From assembly GCA_965223565.1 (NCBI GenBank), contig CBDCWV010000018.1:1094214-1158213 (forward strand): DNA of 64,000 nt, in the 5' to 3' direction. The stretch comes from Myxococcota bacterium. GTDB taxonomy: Bacteria > Myxococcota_A > UBA9160 > UBA4427. The translations under genes and the position numbers were made by a program. Below the pieces are notes generated by a model. The model made no database searches. It saw only the letters and a list, made by a program, of their open reading frames with translations, and was not told where the DNA came from. Shown here piece after piece: positions 62,128 to 64,000 of this stretch. Each line of letters begins with the position of its first letter. The first letter of the stretch is position 1.

Positions 62128-62571
62128 CTACACGAAGTAGATGTCGTCCAGCTCGGGTGAGATCTCGACCGTGCGACGATGGAAACGCCAGCCCTTCGCC
62201 GTGCGACGGATCTCGTCCTCGTAGATGCCCGTTCCCAGGAGCTGCGCGTTGCTTCCGCCGGCGCTCGCTTGCTTCGTGTAGAGGAGCGTGCTGCGAGATC
62301 GAACCAGATCGGGCTCGATCGAAGCCAGCAGAACGTTCAGCATGTAGTGGCGGACCTGCATGCCCTCCTGGCGGAGGGCGAGGCGGCCGTCGATCCATGC
62401 GCGAATCGCCTCCTCGCCTTCCGCGTTTCCGACCGCGGTGTCGAGTCGGGCGTCGTGGGTGAAGAGTTCGGCGCAGAGGTCACCTCGGGCTGCATCGATG
62501 CTGTGGCAATAGCGCGCGAGCAAGTCATGAATGGCGAGCCGGTCTTCGATTGCGATCGCCGTGGACCCCAT
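62128..62571 (-). CDS. NTF2-like (SnoaL_4-type) family protein
   Basis: 147 aa. IEDRLAIHDLLARYCHSIDAARGDLCAELFTHDARL...GWRFHRR is typical of the fold. Confidence 0.8.
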   Translation of the reverse strand: MGSTAIAIEDRLAIHDLLARYCHSIDAARGDLCAELFTHDARLDTAVGNAEGEEAIRAWIDGRLALRQEGMQVRHYMLNVLLASIEPDLVRSRSTLLYTKQASAGGSNAQLLGTGIYEDEIRRTAKGWRFHRRTVEISPELDDIYFV

Positions 62572-62679
62572 GTCGATTCACTCCCCGCGCCGGTCGGGTA
62601 ACCGATCCGGCCTGACGTGTGTCGTACCTTTCACGCGACGATACCCTTTCTCCGGAAAGCGCAAGGGAGTCGCTGCAGA

Positions 62680-63732
62680 ATGACGACCACAGACGGACGC
62701 TTCGTGATCGGAACCGGCCGATGTGGCTCGACGATCCTCTCGAAGATGTTGGATCTGCACCCGGATTTCTCGGTGCTGTCGGAATTCCTGGTGTCGCTGG
62801 ACTTCGATCGAAAATACGGCGAACGCCCGGTCGCTGGAGCCGAGCTGGCGGAGATCTTCGATTGTGGGCTGGGCTCGAACGGCGAGTTCAAGAAGATCGC
62901 CGCCCATCTCGCCACGCCGGAGATCACGTTCGACGCAGCCGCCGCGCCGTCGACCGTCGTACCGGAGCGCTATCGAGACGGCGTGCTACCGGATCTGATT
63001 CTCCTGCCGCTTCCTACCCTGTTCGAAGATCCGATGAGGGCCTTCGATGAGCTCGTCGATTTCGTGCGGGCGCAGCCATTGCGACCGCTCAGCGAGCAAT
63101 ACCGTCTGATCTTCGAGTGGCTGACCCGGAAGGCCGGAAAGTCGGCCTGGATCGAGCGAAGTGGAGGAACGATCGCTCATCTTCCGGAGCTGGTCGAGCT
63201 GTTTCCACACGCGAAGTTCCTCCATCTACATCGCAATCCGCTCGACGTCGCGCTCTCGATGCGCGCGCACCACCATTTCCGTCTGCTGGTCTTCAAACGA
63301 TTTCGACTCGTCACGAAAGATGGCGTCGCGTGGGCCGATCTCGACGAGAGAGATCTCGAGAGCGACGCGCCGATGTCGCCGAGACTGCGGAGCATCTTCG
63401 ATCACGAGGTACCGATCGAGCTCTTCCTGCGCGACTGGAACGACTCGATCCTGCGCGGATTCGTAGCCGTCAAGGCGCTCGCCCCGAGCCAATACGCCGA
63501 GATGCGATTCGAAGACCTGATGGCCGAGCCGCGCGACTCGATGCGTCAGGTCGCCGAGTTCTTCGAGATGGCGCCCCACGCAGACTGGCTCGAGGAGGCG
63601 TGCTCGCTACTCGAGACCGGTGGGGCCAGACACCAGGAGCCGACGACTGCAGATCGCTTGGCGATCGAGCGGTGTTGCAGGTCGGGAAACGCGTTGCTGG
63701 GACGCATCTCTCTTCCGATTCCCGAAAACTGA
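62680..63732 (+). CDS. Sulfotransferase-family protein
   Basis: AAGGGAG Shine-Dalgarno. MTTTDGRFVIGTGRCGSTILSKML is a PAPS 5'-phosphosulfate-binding loop-like motif. Also contains HLHRNPLDVALS. Confidence 0.8.
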   Translation: MTTTDGRFVIGTGRCGSTILSKMLDLHPDFSVLSEFLVSLDFDRKYGERPVAGAELAEIFDCGLGSNGEFKKIAAHLATPEITFDAAAAPSTVVPERYRDGVLPDLILLPLPTLFEDPMRAFDELVDFVRAQPLRPLSEQYRLIFEWLTRKAGKSAWIERSGGTIAHLPELVELFPHAKFLHLHRNPLDVALSMRAHHHFRLLVFKRFRLVTKDGVAWADLDERDLESDAPMSPRLRSIFDHEVPIELFLRDWNDSILRGFVAVKALAPSQYAEMRFEDLMAEPRDSMRQVAEFFEMAPHADWLEEACSLLETGGARHQEPTTADRLAIERCCRSGNALLGRISLPIPEN

Positions 63733-63747
63733 ATGACCTGGGAAGTG

Positions 63748-64000
63748 CTACCTAACGTCGTGCCAAACGGGAGACGTCCAGGCCATTTCGCGAATGATCT
63801 GCGGATACGATCCGTCGCTGCACACTGCCGGGCGCTCGCCTTCGGATAGTCGTTTGCAGTCGAAGACGCTCCAACGCGCGGACGGATTCTCGACCGCGCG
63901 CACGTAGTAGTAGGTCGGGAGCGCTGGGTCGAACGCCTCGTCGCGATAGACGGCGCAGAGGCTGTCGTGCCCTTCGCCGAATCGCTGACCGGTATCGAGG
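63748..64000 (-). CDS. DUF3604-like protein, C-terminal fragment; the 5' end lies beyond the window
   Basis: Minus-strand translation gives ...FDPALPTYYYVRAVENPSARWSVFDCKRL...IIREMAWTSPVWHDVR*. The family assignment comes from the remembered C-terminal signature (YYxRV.E.P..RW; ..AWTSP.W). Confidence 0.6.
   Translation of the reverse strand, partial: LDTGQRFGEGHDSLCAVYRDEAFDPALPTYYYVRAVENPSARWSVFDCKRLSEGERPAVCSDGSYPQIIREMAWTSPVWHDVR

Noticed and set aside
1-64000. Search for mobile elements, prophage genes, CRISPR arrays, rRNA/tRNA genes and known defence-system genes
   Set aside because: I found no transposase, integrase or recombinase motifs, no regularly spaced direct repeats, no rRNA- or tRNA-like sequences, and no nuclease, helicase or NTPase signatures typical of defence systems in any frame I inspected. 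This was a by-eye survey, so small or degenerate elements could have been missed.

Overview
The window is visibly high in G+C (about two-thirds by eye, not computed) and densely coding, with about 58 protein-coding genes. Its content points to a diderm (Gram-negative) bacterium: a TonB-dependent receptor, an OmpA-family protein, an OprO/P-type porin and five proteins with PEP-CTERM sorting tails. I found no rRNA, tRNA, CRISPR array, transposase or integrase. The sequence looks like chromosomal accessory DNA that mixes three kinds of genes.

(i) Repeated acyl-CoA and other catabolic modules: an acyl-CoA synthetase, two crotonases, two SDRs, three amidohydrolase-2 paralogs, two thiolase-like proteins with a DUF35 partner, a TauD-family dioxygenase and a D-aminoacylase, with GntR and TetR regulators.

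(ii) Envelope and secreted proteins: beta-helix, choice-of-anchor and PEP-CTERM proteins, and a TPR lipoprotein.

(iii) A stress operon: Usp, DksA/TraR, LOG and a PQQ quinohemoprotein dehydrogenase.

Two loci stand out.

(1) 51797..55538, minus strand. A 68-aa ORF with a textbook double-glycine leader (MRTLDTRELDLVSGG) and an extremely Arg-rich 53-aa core. It lies directly upstream of a HlyD adaptor and a C39-peptidase ABC exporter. This is a candidate new microcin- or bacteriocin-like peptide export system.

(2) 25609..26163, minus strand. The ORF track splits this into two ORFs, but it reads as one gene through an in-frame TGA within K-U-G-S-C. It is a candidate selenocysteine (UGSC-type) protein, translationally coupled to an uncharacterised 382-aa partner.

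Many long Arg/Ser/Pro-rich ORFs in the track are frame shadows of real genes, as expected in high-GC DNA, and were not called.
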